This document shows, piece by piece, positions 1-13,290 of a DNA stretch of 64,000 nt. The translations under genes and the position numbers were made by a program. The DNA is from the human T2T-CHM13v2.0 reference genome, Homo sapiens. The DNA is taken from the NCBI RefSeq assembly GCF_009914755.1, contig NC_060934.1. One strand, 5' to 3'. Below the pieces are notes generated by a model. That model saw only the letters and a list, made by a program, of their open reading frames with translations, had not been told where the DNA came from and ran no database searches. Position 1 is the stretch's first letter, and each line of letters begins with the position of its first letter.

Positions 1-3000
1 AATTCAATTCCAGTCGGGTTGATTTCATTCCATTCCATTCTAGTCCATTCCACTCCATTCCATTCCATTCGATTCCATTCCTGTTCATTCCATTCCATTC
101 CATTCCATTCTAGTGGATTTCATTGCATTCCATGCCATTCCATTCCATTGCACTCTATTCCAATCCTTTCCATTCGGGTTGATTTTTTCCATTCCATTTC
201 ATTCCATTCCATTGCATTCCACTCGGGTTAATTCCATTCCATTCCATTCCATTCCATTCCATTCCATTCCATTCCATTCCATTCCATTCCATTTCGTTCC
301 TTTCCATTCCATTCCATTCTATTCCTGTGCATTCCATTGCATTCCATTCCATTCCATTCCATTCCATTCCATTCCACTGTGTTTATTCCATTCCACTCCA
401 TTCCATTGCATTCCATTGCATTCCATTTCATTCTCTTCCATTCCATTCCATTCCACTCGGGTTGACTCCATTCCATACCATTGCATTCCATTACATTCCA
501 TTCCTTTCCTTTCCATTCCATTCCTTTCCATTCCGTTCCTTTCCACTCGAGTTGATTCCATTCCACTCTATTCCATTCCATTCCATTCCATTCCATTCCA
601 TTCCATTCCACTCGGGTTGATTCCATTCCATTCCATTCCATTCCATTGATTTCCACTCGGGTTGATTCGATTCCATTCCATTCCATTCCGTTGCATTCCA
701 TTTCATTCCTTTCCAGTTGATTCCATTCCATTCCATTGCATTCCAGTCCATTCCAATCGGGTTGATTTCATTCCATTCCATTCCATTCTAGTCCATTCCA
801 TTCCATTCCATTCCATTCCATTCCATTACATTACATTACATTCCTGTGCATTCCATTCCATTCCATTCCATTCCATTCCATTCCATTCCATTCCATTCCT
901 GTCCATTCCATTCCATTCCATTCCATTCCATTCCATTCCACTGGTGTTTATTCCATTCCACTCCATTCAATTGCATTCCATTCCACTGGTGTTTATTCCA
1001 TTCCACTCCATTCCTTTGCATTCCATTGCATTCCATTTCATTCCATTCAATTGCATTCCATTCCGCTCGGGTTGACTCCATTCCATACCATTGCATTCCA
1101 TTGCATTCCATTCCTTTCCTTTCCATTCTATTCCTTTCCATTCCATTCCTTTCCAATCGAGTTGATTCCATTCCATTCTATTCCATTCCATTCCATTCCA
1201 TTCCACTCGTGTTTATTCCAGTCCATTCCATTCCATTCCATTCCACTACGGTTGATTCCATTCCATTCCATTCCATTCCATTCCATTCCATTCCATTCCA
1301 TTTCATTCCTTTTCACTCCATTCCATTCCATTCCATTCTACTCGAGTTGATTCCATTCCATTCGATTCCATTCCATTCCATTCGATTCCATTCCATTCCA
1401 TTCCAGTCCATTCCATTACATTCCATTCCTCTCGGGTTGATTTCACTCCATTCCATTCCATTCCATTCCATGCTGTAACATTCTATTCCACTCCATTCCA
1501 TTCGGGTTGATTCCACTCCATTCCATTCCATTCCAATCGGTTTGATTCCACTCCATTCCAATCCATTCCATGCCGTTACAGTCCAGTCCATTCCATTGCA
1601 CTTGGGTTGATTCCATTCCATTCCATTCCATTCCATTCCCTTCCATTCCATTCCATTCCATTCCACTGGGGTTGATTCCATTCCATTCCATTCTATTACA
1701 TTCCATTCCACTCGGGTTGATTCCATTCCATACCATTGCATTCCATTACATTCCATTCCTTTCCTTTCCATTCCATTCCTTTCCATTCCGTTCCTTTCCA
1801 CTCGAGTTGATTCCATTCCACTATATTCCATTCCATTCCATTCCATTCCATTCCATTCCATTCCACTCGGGTTGATTCCATTCCATTCCATTACATTCCA
1901 GTCCTTTCCATTCCATTACATTCCACTCAGTTTGTTTCCATTACATTGAATTCCATTCTGTTCCATTCCATTCCATTGCATTCCATTGCATTCCATTCCA
2001 CTCGGGTTGTTTCCTTTCCATTCCATTCCTTTAGTTTCCATTCCATTCCATTCCATTCCATTCCATTCCATTCCATTCACTCTATTCCATTCCATTCCAT
2101 TCTACTCAGGTTGATTCCGTTCGATTCCATTCCAATCCATTCCCTTCCGTTCCATTCTGGTTGATTCCATTGCACTCCATGCCGTTCCATTCCATTCCAC
2201 TCCATTCCAACCCGTTCCACTCGGGTTGATTCCATTCCATTCCATTCCATTTCTTTCCATTCCATTCCACTCCATTCCATTCCACTCGGGTTGACTCCAT
2301 TCCATACCATTGCATTCCATTGCATTCCATTCCATTCCACTGGTGTTTATTCCATTCCACTCCATTCCATTTCATTCCATTCCATTCCATTTCATTCCAT
2401 TCAATTCCATTCCATTCCCCTCGGGTTGACTCCATTCCATACCATTGCATTCCATTGCATTCCATTCTTTCCATTCCATTCCATTGCTTTCCATTTCATT
2501 CCTTTCCACTCGGGTTGATTCCATTCCATTCTCTTCCATTCCATTCCATTCCATTCCATTCCATTCCATTCCATTCCATTCCATTCCATTCCATTGCACT
2601 CGGGTTGATTCCATTCCATTCCATTCCATTCCATTGCATTCCATTCCATTCCATTCCATTCCACTCGGGTTGATTCCATTCCATTCCATTCCAGTCCATT
2701 CCACTGGGGTTGATTCCATTCCATTCGTTTCCATTCCATTCCATTCCATTCCATTGCACTCGGGTTGTTTCCATTCCATTCCATTCCATTCCATTCCATT
2801 CCATTCCACCCGGATTGATTCCATTCCATTCCATTATAATCCATTCCATTCCATTCCATTACACTGGGGTTGATTCCATTCCATTCCATTACATTCCATT
2901 CTATTCCATTCCATTCCATTCCATTCCATTCCGTTCCATTTGATGCCTTTCCAGATAATTCCAGTCCATTCCGTTGCATTCCATTTAATTCCAGTCGGGT

Positions 3001-4262
3001 TGATTTCATACCATTCCATTCCATTCTAGTCCATTCCACTCCATTCCATTCCATTCCATTCCATTCCTGTTCATTCCATTCCATTCCATTCCATTCTAGT
3101 GGATTTCATTGCATTCCATGCCATTCCATTCCATTCCACTCTATTCCAATCCATTCCATTCGGGTTGATTTCTTTCCATTCCATTTCATTCCATTCCATT
3201 GCATTCCACTCTGGTTAATTCCATTCCATTCCATTTCATTCCTTTCCATTCCATTCCATTCTATTCCTGTGCATTCCATTGCATTCCATTCCATTCCATT
3301 CCATTCCACTGGTGTTTATTCCATTCCACTCCATTCCATTGCATGCCATTCCATTCCATTTCATTCTATTCCATTCCATTCCATTCCACTCGGGTGACTC
3401 CATTCCATACCATTGCATTCCATTACATTCCATTCCTTTCCTTTCCATTCCATTCCTTTCCATTCCGTTCCTTTCCACTCGAGTTGATTCCATTCCACTC
3501 TATTCCATTCCATTCCATTCCATTCCTTTCCATTCCATTCCACTCCATTCCACTCGGGTTGATTCCATTCCATTCCATTCCATTCCATTCCATTCTACTC
3601 GGGTACATTCCATTTCGTTCCGTTCCATTCCATTCCATTCCATTCCATTCCATTCATTTCCTTTCCATTCCATTCCACTCCACTCGGGTTGATTCCATTC
3701 CATTCATTCCATTCCATTCCATTAAATTCCATTCCATTCCAGTTCATTCCATTCCTTTCCATTCCATTCCATTCAATTCCATTCCATTCCATTCCATTCC
3801 ATTCACTCTATTCCATTCCATTCCATTCTACTCAGGTTGATTCCGTTCGATTCCATTCCAATCCATTCCCTTCCATTCAATTCTAGTTGATTCCATTGCA
3901 TTCCATGCCGTTCCATTCCAATCCACTCCATTCCTATCCGTTCCACTCGGGTTTATTCCATTCCATTCCATTCCATTCCATTGCATTCCACACGGGTTGA
4001 TTCCATTCCATTCCATTCCATTTCATTCCTTTCCAGTTGATTCCATTCCATTCCATTGCATTCCATTCCATTCCAATCGGGTTGATTGAATTCCATTCCA
4101 TTCCATTCTAGTCCATTCCATTCCATTCACTTCCATTCCATTCCATTCCACTCCATTCCACTGGTGTTTATTCCATTCCATTCCATTCCATTCCATTCCA
4201 TTCCATTCCATTCCATTCCGGTCCATTCCATTCCATTCCATTCCACTCCATTCCATTCCATT

Positions 4263-4397
4263 CCACTGGTGTTTATTCAATTCCACTCGATTCCATTGCA
4301 TTCCATTCCACTGGTGTTTATTCCATTCCACTCGATTCCATTGCATTCCTTTCCACTGGTGTTTATTCCATTCCACCCCATTCCTTTGCATTCCATT
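4263..4397 (+). repeat. Three tandem 45-bp units beginning CCACTGGTGTTTATT (repeated at 34,871-35,005)
   Basis: Units start at 4,263, 4,308 and 4,353. The first two share the CCACTCGATTCC variant. Confidence 0.9.
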
Positions 4398-4589
4398 CCA
4401 TTCCATTTTATGTCATTCCATTGCATTCCATTCCACTCGGGTTGACTCCATTCCATACCATTGCATTCCATTGCATTCCATTCCTTTCCTTTCCATTCCA
4501 TACCTTTCCATTCCATTCCTTTCCACTCGAGTTGATTCCATTCCATTCGTTGATTCCATTCCATTCTATTCTATTCCATTCCATTCCAC

Positions 4590-7500
4590 TCTTGTTTATT
4601 CCAGTCCATTCCATTCCATTCCATTCCACTCCGTTTGATTCCATTCCATTCCATTCCATTCCATTCCATTCCATTCCATTCCATTCCACTCGGGTTGATT
4701 CCATTCCATTCCATTCCAGTCCATTCCACTCGGGTTGATTCCATTCCATTCGTTTCCATTCCATTCCATTCCACTCGGATTGATTCCACTCCATTCCAAT
4801 CCATTCCATGCCGTTACAGTCCATTCCATTCCATTGCACTCGGGTTGATTCCATTCCATTCCATTCCATTCCTTTCCATTCCATTCCACCCGGATTGATT
4901 CCATTCCATTCCATTATAATCCATTCCATTCCATTCCATTCCACTGGGGTTGATTCCATTCCATTGCATTCCATTCCATTCTATTCCATTCCATTCCATT
5001 CCATTCCATTCCATTCCATTCCATTCCATTCCTTTCCATTTGATGCCTTTCCAGTTAATTCCATTCCATTCCATTGCATTCCATTCAATTCTAGTCGGGT
5101 TGATTTCATACCATTCCATTCCATTCTAGTCCATTCCACTCCATTCCATTCCATTCCATTCCATTCCATTCCATTCCATTCCATTCCATTCCATTCCTGT
5201 TCATTCCATTCCATTCCATTCCATTCTAGTGGATTTCATTGCATTCCATGCGATTCCATTCCATTCCACTCTATTCCAATCCATTCCATTCGGGTTGATT
5301 TCTTTCCATTCCATTTCATTCCATTCCATTGCATTCCACTCGGGTTAATTCCATTCCATTCCATTCCATTCCATTTCATTCCTTTCCATTCCATTCCCTT
5401 CTATTCTTGTGCATTCCATTGCATTCCATTCCATTCCATTCCATTCCACTGGTGTTTATTCCATTCCACTCCATTCCATTGCATTCCATTGCATTCCATT
5501 TCATTCTATTCCATTCCATTCCATTCCACTCGGGTTGACTCCATTCCATACCACTGCATTCCATTACATTCCATTCCTTTCCTTTCCATTCCATTCCTTT
5601 CCATTCCGTTCCTTTCCACTCGAGTTGATTCCATTCCACTCTATTCCATTCCATTCCATTACATTACATTCCATTCCATTCTACTCGGGTACATTCCATT
5701 TCGTTCCGTTCCATTCCATTCCATTCCATTCCATTCATTTCCTTTCCATTCCATTCCACTCCACTCGGGTTGATTCCATTCCATTCCATTCCATTCCATT
5801 AAATTCCATTCCATTCCAGTTCATTCCATTCCTTTCCATTCCATTCCATTCTATTCCTTTGTATGGTAATCGGGTTGATTCCAATCCATTCCATTACATT
5901 CCAGTCCTTTCCATTCCATTACATTCCACTCGGTTTGTTTCCATTACATTGAATTCCTTTCCGTTCCATTCCATTCCATTGTATTCCATTGCATTCCATT
6001 CCACTCGGGTTGTTTCCTTTCCATTCCATTCCTTTAGTTTCCATTCCATTCCTTTCCATTCCATTCCATTCACTCTATTCCATTCCATTCCATTCTACTC
6101 AGGTTGATTCCGTTCGATTCCATTCCAATCCATTCCCTTCCATTCCATTCTAGTTGATTCCATTGCATTCCATACCGTTCCATTCCATTCCGCTCCATTC
6201 CAATCCGTTCCACTCGGGTTGATTCCATTCCATTCCATTCCATTCCATTCCATTCCATTGCATTCCATTCTACTCGGGTTGATTCTATTCCATTCCATTC
6301 CATTACATTACATTACATTACATTACATTACGTTACGTTACGTTACGTTACGTTACGTTACGTTACATTACATTACATTACATTACATTACATTACATTT
6401 CATTCTACTCGAGTTGATTCCATTCCATTCCATTCCATTTCATTCCTTTCCAGTTGATTCCATTCCATTCCATTGCATTCCATTCCATTCCAATCGGGTT
6501 GATTTCATTCCATTCCATTCCATTCTAGTCCATTCCATTCCTTTCCATTCCATTCCATTCCATTCCATTCCATTCCAGTTGATTCCATTCCATTCCATTG
6601 CATTCCGTTCCATTCCAATCGGGTTGATTTCATTCCATTCCATTTCATTCTAGTCCATTCCATCCCATTCCATTCCACTCCATTATATTACATTCCATTA
6701 CATTACATTCCATTACATTACATTCCTGTGCATTCCATTCCATTCCATTCCATTCCATTCCATTCCATTCCATTCCATTCCATTCCTGTCCATTCCATTC
6801 CATTCCATTCCACTCGTGTTCATTTCATTCCATTCCATTCCATTTCATTCCATTCCATTCCATTCCATTCCATTTCATTCCATTCCATTCCATTCCATTC
6901 CATTCCATTCCATTCCATTTCATTCCTTTCCAGTTGATTCCATTCCATTCCATTGCATTCCATTGCATTGCAATCGTGTTGATTTCATTCCATTCCATTC
7001 CATTCTAGTCCATTCCATTCCATTCCATTACATTACTGTACATTCCTCTCCATTCCATTCCATTCCATTCCATTCCATTCCATTTCATTCCTTTCCAGTT
7101 GATTCCACTCCCTTCCATTCCATTCCATTCCATTCCAATCGGGTAGATTTCCTTCCATTCCATTCCATTCTAGTCCATTCCATTCCATTCCATTCCTTTC
7201 CATTCCATTCTAGTCCATTCCATTTCATTCCATTCCATTCCATTCCATTCCATTCCATTCCATTCCATTCCATTCCTCTCCATTCCATTCCATTCCATTC
7301 CATTCGATTCCATTCCATTCCATTCCATTCCTTTCCATTCCATTCCTTTCCACACGGGTTGATTCCATTCCATTCTCTTCCATTCCATTCCATTCCATTC
7401 CATTCCATTCCACTCGTGTACATTTAATTCCATTCCATTCCATTGCATTCCATTCCACTGGTGTTTATTCCATTCCACTCCATTCCTTTGCATTCCATTC

Positions 7501-10500
7501 CATTCCATTCCATTCCACTCGGGTTGATTCCATTCCATAACATTGCATTACATTGCATTCCATTCCTTTCCTTTCGATTCCATTCCTTTCCATTCCATTC
7601 CTTTCCACTCGCCTTGATTCCATTCCATTCTGTTCCATTCCATTCCATTCCATTCGTGTTTATTCCAATCCATTCCATTCCTTTCCATTCCACTCCGGTT
7701 GATTCCATTCAATTCCATTCCATTCCATTGCATTCCTTTCCACTCCATTCCATTCATTTCCATTCTACTCGGGTTGATTCCATTCCATTCCATTCCATTC
7801 CATTGCATTCCACTCGGGTTGATTTCACTCCATTCCATTCCATTCCATGTCTTTACATTCCATTCCATTCCATTCCACTCGGGTTGATTCCACTCCATTT
7901 CATTCCATTCCATGCCGTTCCATTCCATTCCATTCCATTCCATTCCATTCCATTCATTTCCATTCCATTCCATTCCATTCCATTCCATTCCATTCCATTC
8001 CATTCCGTCCATTCCATTTCACTCCATTCCCTTCCATTCCATTCCATTCCATTGCCTTCCATTCCACTCGGGTTGTTTCCTTTCCATTCCATTCCATTAG
8101 TTTCCATTCCATTCCATTCCATTCATTCCATTCCATTCCATTCCATTCCATTACACTGAGGTTGATTCTATTCAATTCCATTCCAATCCATTCAATTCCA
8201 TTCCATTCTAGTTGATTCCATTGCATTCCATGCCATTCCATTCCATTCCTTTCTATTCCAATGCATTCCATTAGGGTTGAATTCATTCCATTCCATTTCA
8301 TTCCATTCCATTGCATTCCACTCGGGTTAATTCCATTCCATTCCATTCCATTCCTTTCCATTCCATGCCATTCCATTTCATTCCTTTCCAGTTGATTCCA
8401 TTCCCTTCCATTCCATTCCATTCCATTCCAATCGGGTTGATTTCCTTCCATTCCATTCCATTCTAGTCCATTCCATTCCAGTCCATTCCATTCCATTCCA
8501 TTCCATTCCATTCCATTCCATTCCATTCCATTCCTGTCCATTCCATTCCATTCCATTCCATTCCATTCCATTCCTTTCCATTCCATTCCTTTCCACTCGT
8601 GTTGATTCCATTCCATTCTCTTCTATTCCATTCCATTCCATTCTATTCCACTCGTGTTCATTTCATTCCATTCCATTCCGTTGCATTCCATTCCACTGGT
8701 GTTTATTCCATTCCACTCCATTCCTTTGCATTCCATTCCATTCCATTTCATTCCATTCCATTCCATTCCATTCCACTCGGGTTGACTCCATTCCATAACA
8801 TTGCATTACATTGCATTCCATTCCTTTCCTTTCGATTCCATTCCATTCCATTCCATTCCTTTCCACTCGAGTTGATTCCATTCCATTCTATTCCATTCCA
8901 TTCCATTCCATTCCACTCTTGTTTATTCCAGTTCATTCCATTCCATTCCATTCCACTCCGGTTGATTCCATTCCATTCCATTCCATTCCATTCCATTCCA
9001 TTCCATTCCATTCCATTGCACTCGGGTTGATTCCATTCCATTCCATTCCATTCCATTCCATTCCATTCCATTCCTCTCGGGTTGATTCCATTCCATTCCA
9101 TGCCATTCTAGTCCTTTCCCTTCCATTCCATTCCTTTCCACTCGGGTTGATTCCATTCCATTCTCTTCCATTCCATTCCATTCCATTCTATTCCACTCGG
9201 ATTGATTCCACTCCATTCCAATCCATTCCATGCCGTTACAGTCCATTCCATTCCATTGCACTCGGGTTGATTCCATTCCATTCCATTCCATTCCTTTCCA
9301 TTCCATTCCACCTGGATTGATTCCATTCCATTCCATTATAATCCATTCCATTCCATTCCATTCCACTGGGGTTGATTCCATTCCATTGCATTCCATTCCA
9401 TTCTATTCCATTCCATTCCATTCCATTCCATTCCATTCCTTTCCATTTGATGCCTTTCCAGTTAATTCCATTCCATTCCATTGCATTCCATTCAATTCCA
9501 GTCGGGTTGATTTCATACCATTCCATTCCATTCTAGTCCATTCCACTCCATTCCATTCCATTCCATTCCATTCCATTCCATTCCATTCCTGTTCATTCCA
9601 TTCCATTCCATTCCATTCTAGTGGATTTCATTGCATTCCATGCCATTCCATTCCATTCCACTGTATTCCATTCCATTCCATTCGGGTTGATTTCTTTCCA
9701 TTCCATTTCTTTCCATTCCATTGCATTCCACTCGGGTTAATTCCATTCCATTCCATTCCATTCCATTTCATTCCTTTCCATTCCATTCCCTTCTATTCCT
9801 GTGCATTCCATTGCATTCCATTCCATTCCATTCCATTCCACTGGTGTTTATTCCATTCCACTCCATTCCATTGCATTCCATTCCATTCCATTTCATTCTA
9901 TTCCATTCCATTCCATTCCACTCGGGTTGACTCCATTCCATACCACTGCATTCCATTACATTCCATTCCTTTCCTTTCCATTCCATTCCTTTCCATTCCG
10001 TTCCTTTCTACTCGAGTTGATTCCATTCCACTCTATTCCATTCGATTCCATTCCATTCCATTCCATTCCATTCCATTCCACTCGGGTTGATTCCATTCCA
10101 TTCCATTCCATTCCATTCCATTCCATTCTACTCGGGTACATTCCATTTCGTTCCGTTCCATTCCATTCCATTCCATTCCATTCATTTCCTTTCCATTCCA
10201 TTCCACTCCACTCGGGTTGATTCCATTCCATTCCATTCCATTCCATTAAATTCCATTCCATTCCAGTTCATTCCATTCCTTTCCATTCCATTCCATTCCC
10301 TTCCATTCCATTCCATTCCATTGCATTCCATTCCTTTGCATGGTAATCGGGTTGATTCCAATCCATTCCATTACATTCCATTCCTTTCAATTCCATTAGA
10401 TTCCACTCGGTTTGTTTCCATTACATTGAATTCCATTCCGTTCCATTTCATTCCATTGCATTCCATTGCATTCCATTCCACTCGGGTTGTTTCCTTTCCA

Positions 10501-13290
10501 TTCCATTCCTTTAGTTTCGTTTCCATTCCATTCCATTCCATTCCATTCCATTCCATTCCATTCCATTCACTCTATTCCATTCCATTCCATTCTACTCAGG
10601 TTGATTCCGTTCGATTCCATTCCAATCCATTCCCTTCCATTCCATTCTAGTTGATTCCATTGCATTCCATGCCGTTCCATTCCATTCCACTCCATTCCAA
10701 TCCGTTCCACTCGGGTTGATTCCATTCCATTCCATTCCATTCCATTGCATTCCATTCTACTCGGGTTGATTCCATTCCATTCCATTCCATTCCATTCCAT
10801 TCCATTCCATTACATTACATTACATTACATTCCACTCGAGTTGATTCCATTCCATTCCATTCCATTTCATTCCTTTCCAGTTGATTCCATTCCATTCCAT
10901 TGCATTCCATTCCATTCCAATCGGGTTGATTTCATTCCATTGCATTCCATTCTAGTGCATTCCATTCCATTCCATTCCATTCCATTCCATTCCAGTTGAT
11001 TCCATTCCATTCGATTGCATTCGATTCCATTCCAATCGGGTTGATTTCATTCCATTCCATTTCATTCTAGTCCATTCCATTCCATTCCATTCCATTCCAT
11101 TATATTACATTCCATTACATTACATTACATTACATTACATTCCTGTGCATTCCATTCCATTCCATTCCATTCCATTCCATTCCATTCCTGTCCATTCCAT
11201 TCCATTCCATTCCACTCGTGTTCATTTCATTCCATTCCATTCCATTTCATTCCATTCCATTCCATTCCATTCCATTCCATTCCATTCCATTCCATTTCAT
11301 TCCATTCCATTCCATTTCATTCCTTTCCAGTTGATTCCATTCCATTCCATTGCAATCCATTCCATTGCAATCGTGTTGATTTCATTCCATTCCATTCCAT
11401 TCTAGTCCATTCCTTTCCATTCCATTACATTACAGTACATTCCTCTCCATTCCATTCCATTCCATTCCATTCCATTCCATTTCATTCCTTTCCAGTTGAT
11501 TCCATTCCCTTCCCTTCCATTCCATTCCATTCCAATCGGGTAGATTTCCTTCCATTCCATTCCATTCTAGTCCATTCCATTCCATTCCATTCCTTTCCTT
11601 TCCATTCTAGTCCATTCCATTCCATTCCATTCCATTCCATTCCATTCCAATCCATTCCTCTCCATTCCATTCCATTCCATTCCATTCCATTCCATTCCTT
11701 TCCATTCCATTCCTTTCCACACGGGTTGATTCCATTCCATTCTCTTCCATTCCATTCCATTCCATTCCATTCCATTCCATTCCACTCGTGTTCATTTAAT
11801 TCCATTCCATTCCTTTGCATTCCATTCCACTGGTGTTTATTCCATTCCACTCCATTCCTTTGCATTCCATTCCATTCCATTCCATTCCATTCCATTCCAT
11901 TCCATTCCACTCGGGTTGACTCCATTCCATAACATTGCATTACATTGCATTCCATTCCTTTCCTTTCGATTCCATTCCTTTCCATTCCATTCCTTTCCAC
12001 TCGCCTTGATTCCATTCCATTCTGTTCCATTCCATTCCATTCCATTCGTGTTTATTCCAATCCATTCCATTCCTTTCCATTCCACTCCGGTTGATTCCAT
12101 TCAATTCCATTCCATTCCATTGCATTCCTTTCCACTCCATTCCATTCATTTCCATTCTACTCGGGTTGATTCCATTCCATTCCATTCCATTCCATTGCAT
12201 TCCACTCGGGTTGATTTCACTCCATTCCATTCCATTCCATGTCTTTCCATTCCATTCCATTCCATTCCACTCGGGTTGATTTCACTCCATTTCATTCCAT
12301 TCCATGCCGTTCCATTCCATTCCATTCCATTCCATTCCATTCCATTCCATTCATTTCCTTTCTTTTCCATTCAATTCCATTCCATTCCATTCCATTCCAT
12401 TCCATTCCGTCCATTCCATTTCACTCCATTCCCTTCCATTCCATTCCATTCCATTGCCTTCCATTCCACTCGGGTTGTTTCCTTTCCATTCCATTCCATT
12501 AGTTTCCATTCCATTCCATTCAATTCATTCCATTCCATTCCATTCCATTCCATTACACTGAGGTTGATTCTATTCAATTCCATTCCAATCCATTCAATTC
12601 CATTCCATTCTAGTTGATTCCATTGCATTCCATGCCATTCCATTCCATTCCATTCTATTCCAATGCATTCCATTAGGGTTGAATTCATTCCATTCTATTT
12701 CATTCCATTCCATTGCATTCCACTCGGGTTAATTCCATTCCATTCCATTCCATTCCTTTCCATTCCATGCCATTCCATTTCATTCCTTTCCAGTTGATTC
12801 CATTCCCTTCCATTCCATTCCATTCCATTCCAATCGGGTTGATTTCCTTCCATTCCATTCCATTCTAGTCCATTCCATTCCAGTCCATTCCATTCCATTC
12901 CATTCCATTCCTGTCCATTCCATTCCATTCCATTCCATTCCATTCCATTCCTTTCCATTCCATTCCTTTCCACTCGGGTTGATTCCATTCCATTCTCTTC
13001 CATTCCATTCCATTCCATTCTATTCCACTCGTGTTCATTTCATTCCATTCCATTCCGTTGCATTCCATTCCACTGGTGTTTATTCCATTCCACTCCATTC
13101 CTTTGCATTCCATTCCATTCCATTTCATTCCATTCCATTCCATTCCATTCCACTCGGGTTGACTCCATTCCATAACATTGCATTACATTGCATTCCATTC
13201 CTTTCCTTTCGATTCCATTCCTTTCCATTCCATTCCTTTCCACTCGAGTTGATTCCATTCCATTCTATTCCATTCCATTCCATTCCACTC
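4590..13290 (+). repeat. Tandem ~4.4-kb duplication (units ~4,590-8,910 and ~8,911-13,290), repeated at ~35,200-43,850
   Basis: Shared rare markers at offsets of ~4.38-4.50 kb: ATGGTAATCGGG (~5,863/~10,340), GGGTAGATTT (7,141/~11,538), CTCGCCTTGATT (~7,608/~12,000), AGGGTTGAATTC (~8,273/~12,675). ORF pairs 4808/9230, 7699/12091, 8663/13040. Confidence 0.88.
6301..6395 (+). repeat. Compound pentamer microsatellite (CATTA)6(CGTTA)7(CATTA)6
   Basis: Read directly: 6,301-6,330 CATTA x6, 6,331-6,365 CGTTA x7, 6,366-6,395 CATTA x6. Confidence 0.97.

Noticed and set aside
2821-2845. TATAAT hexamer as a promoter (-10 or TATA-like) element
   Set aside because: It is a degenerate pentamer pair inside a repeated module, with no other promoter context or downstream gene.
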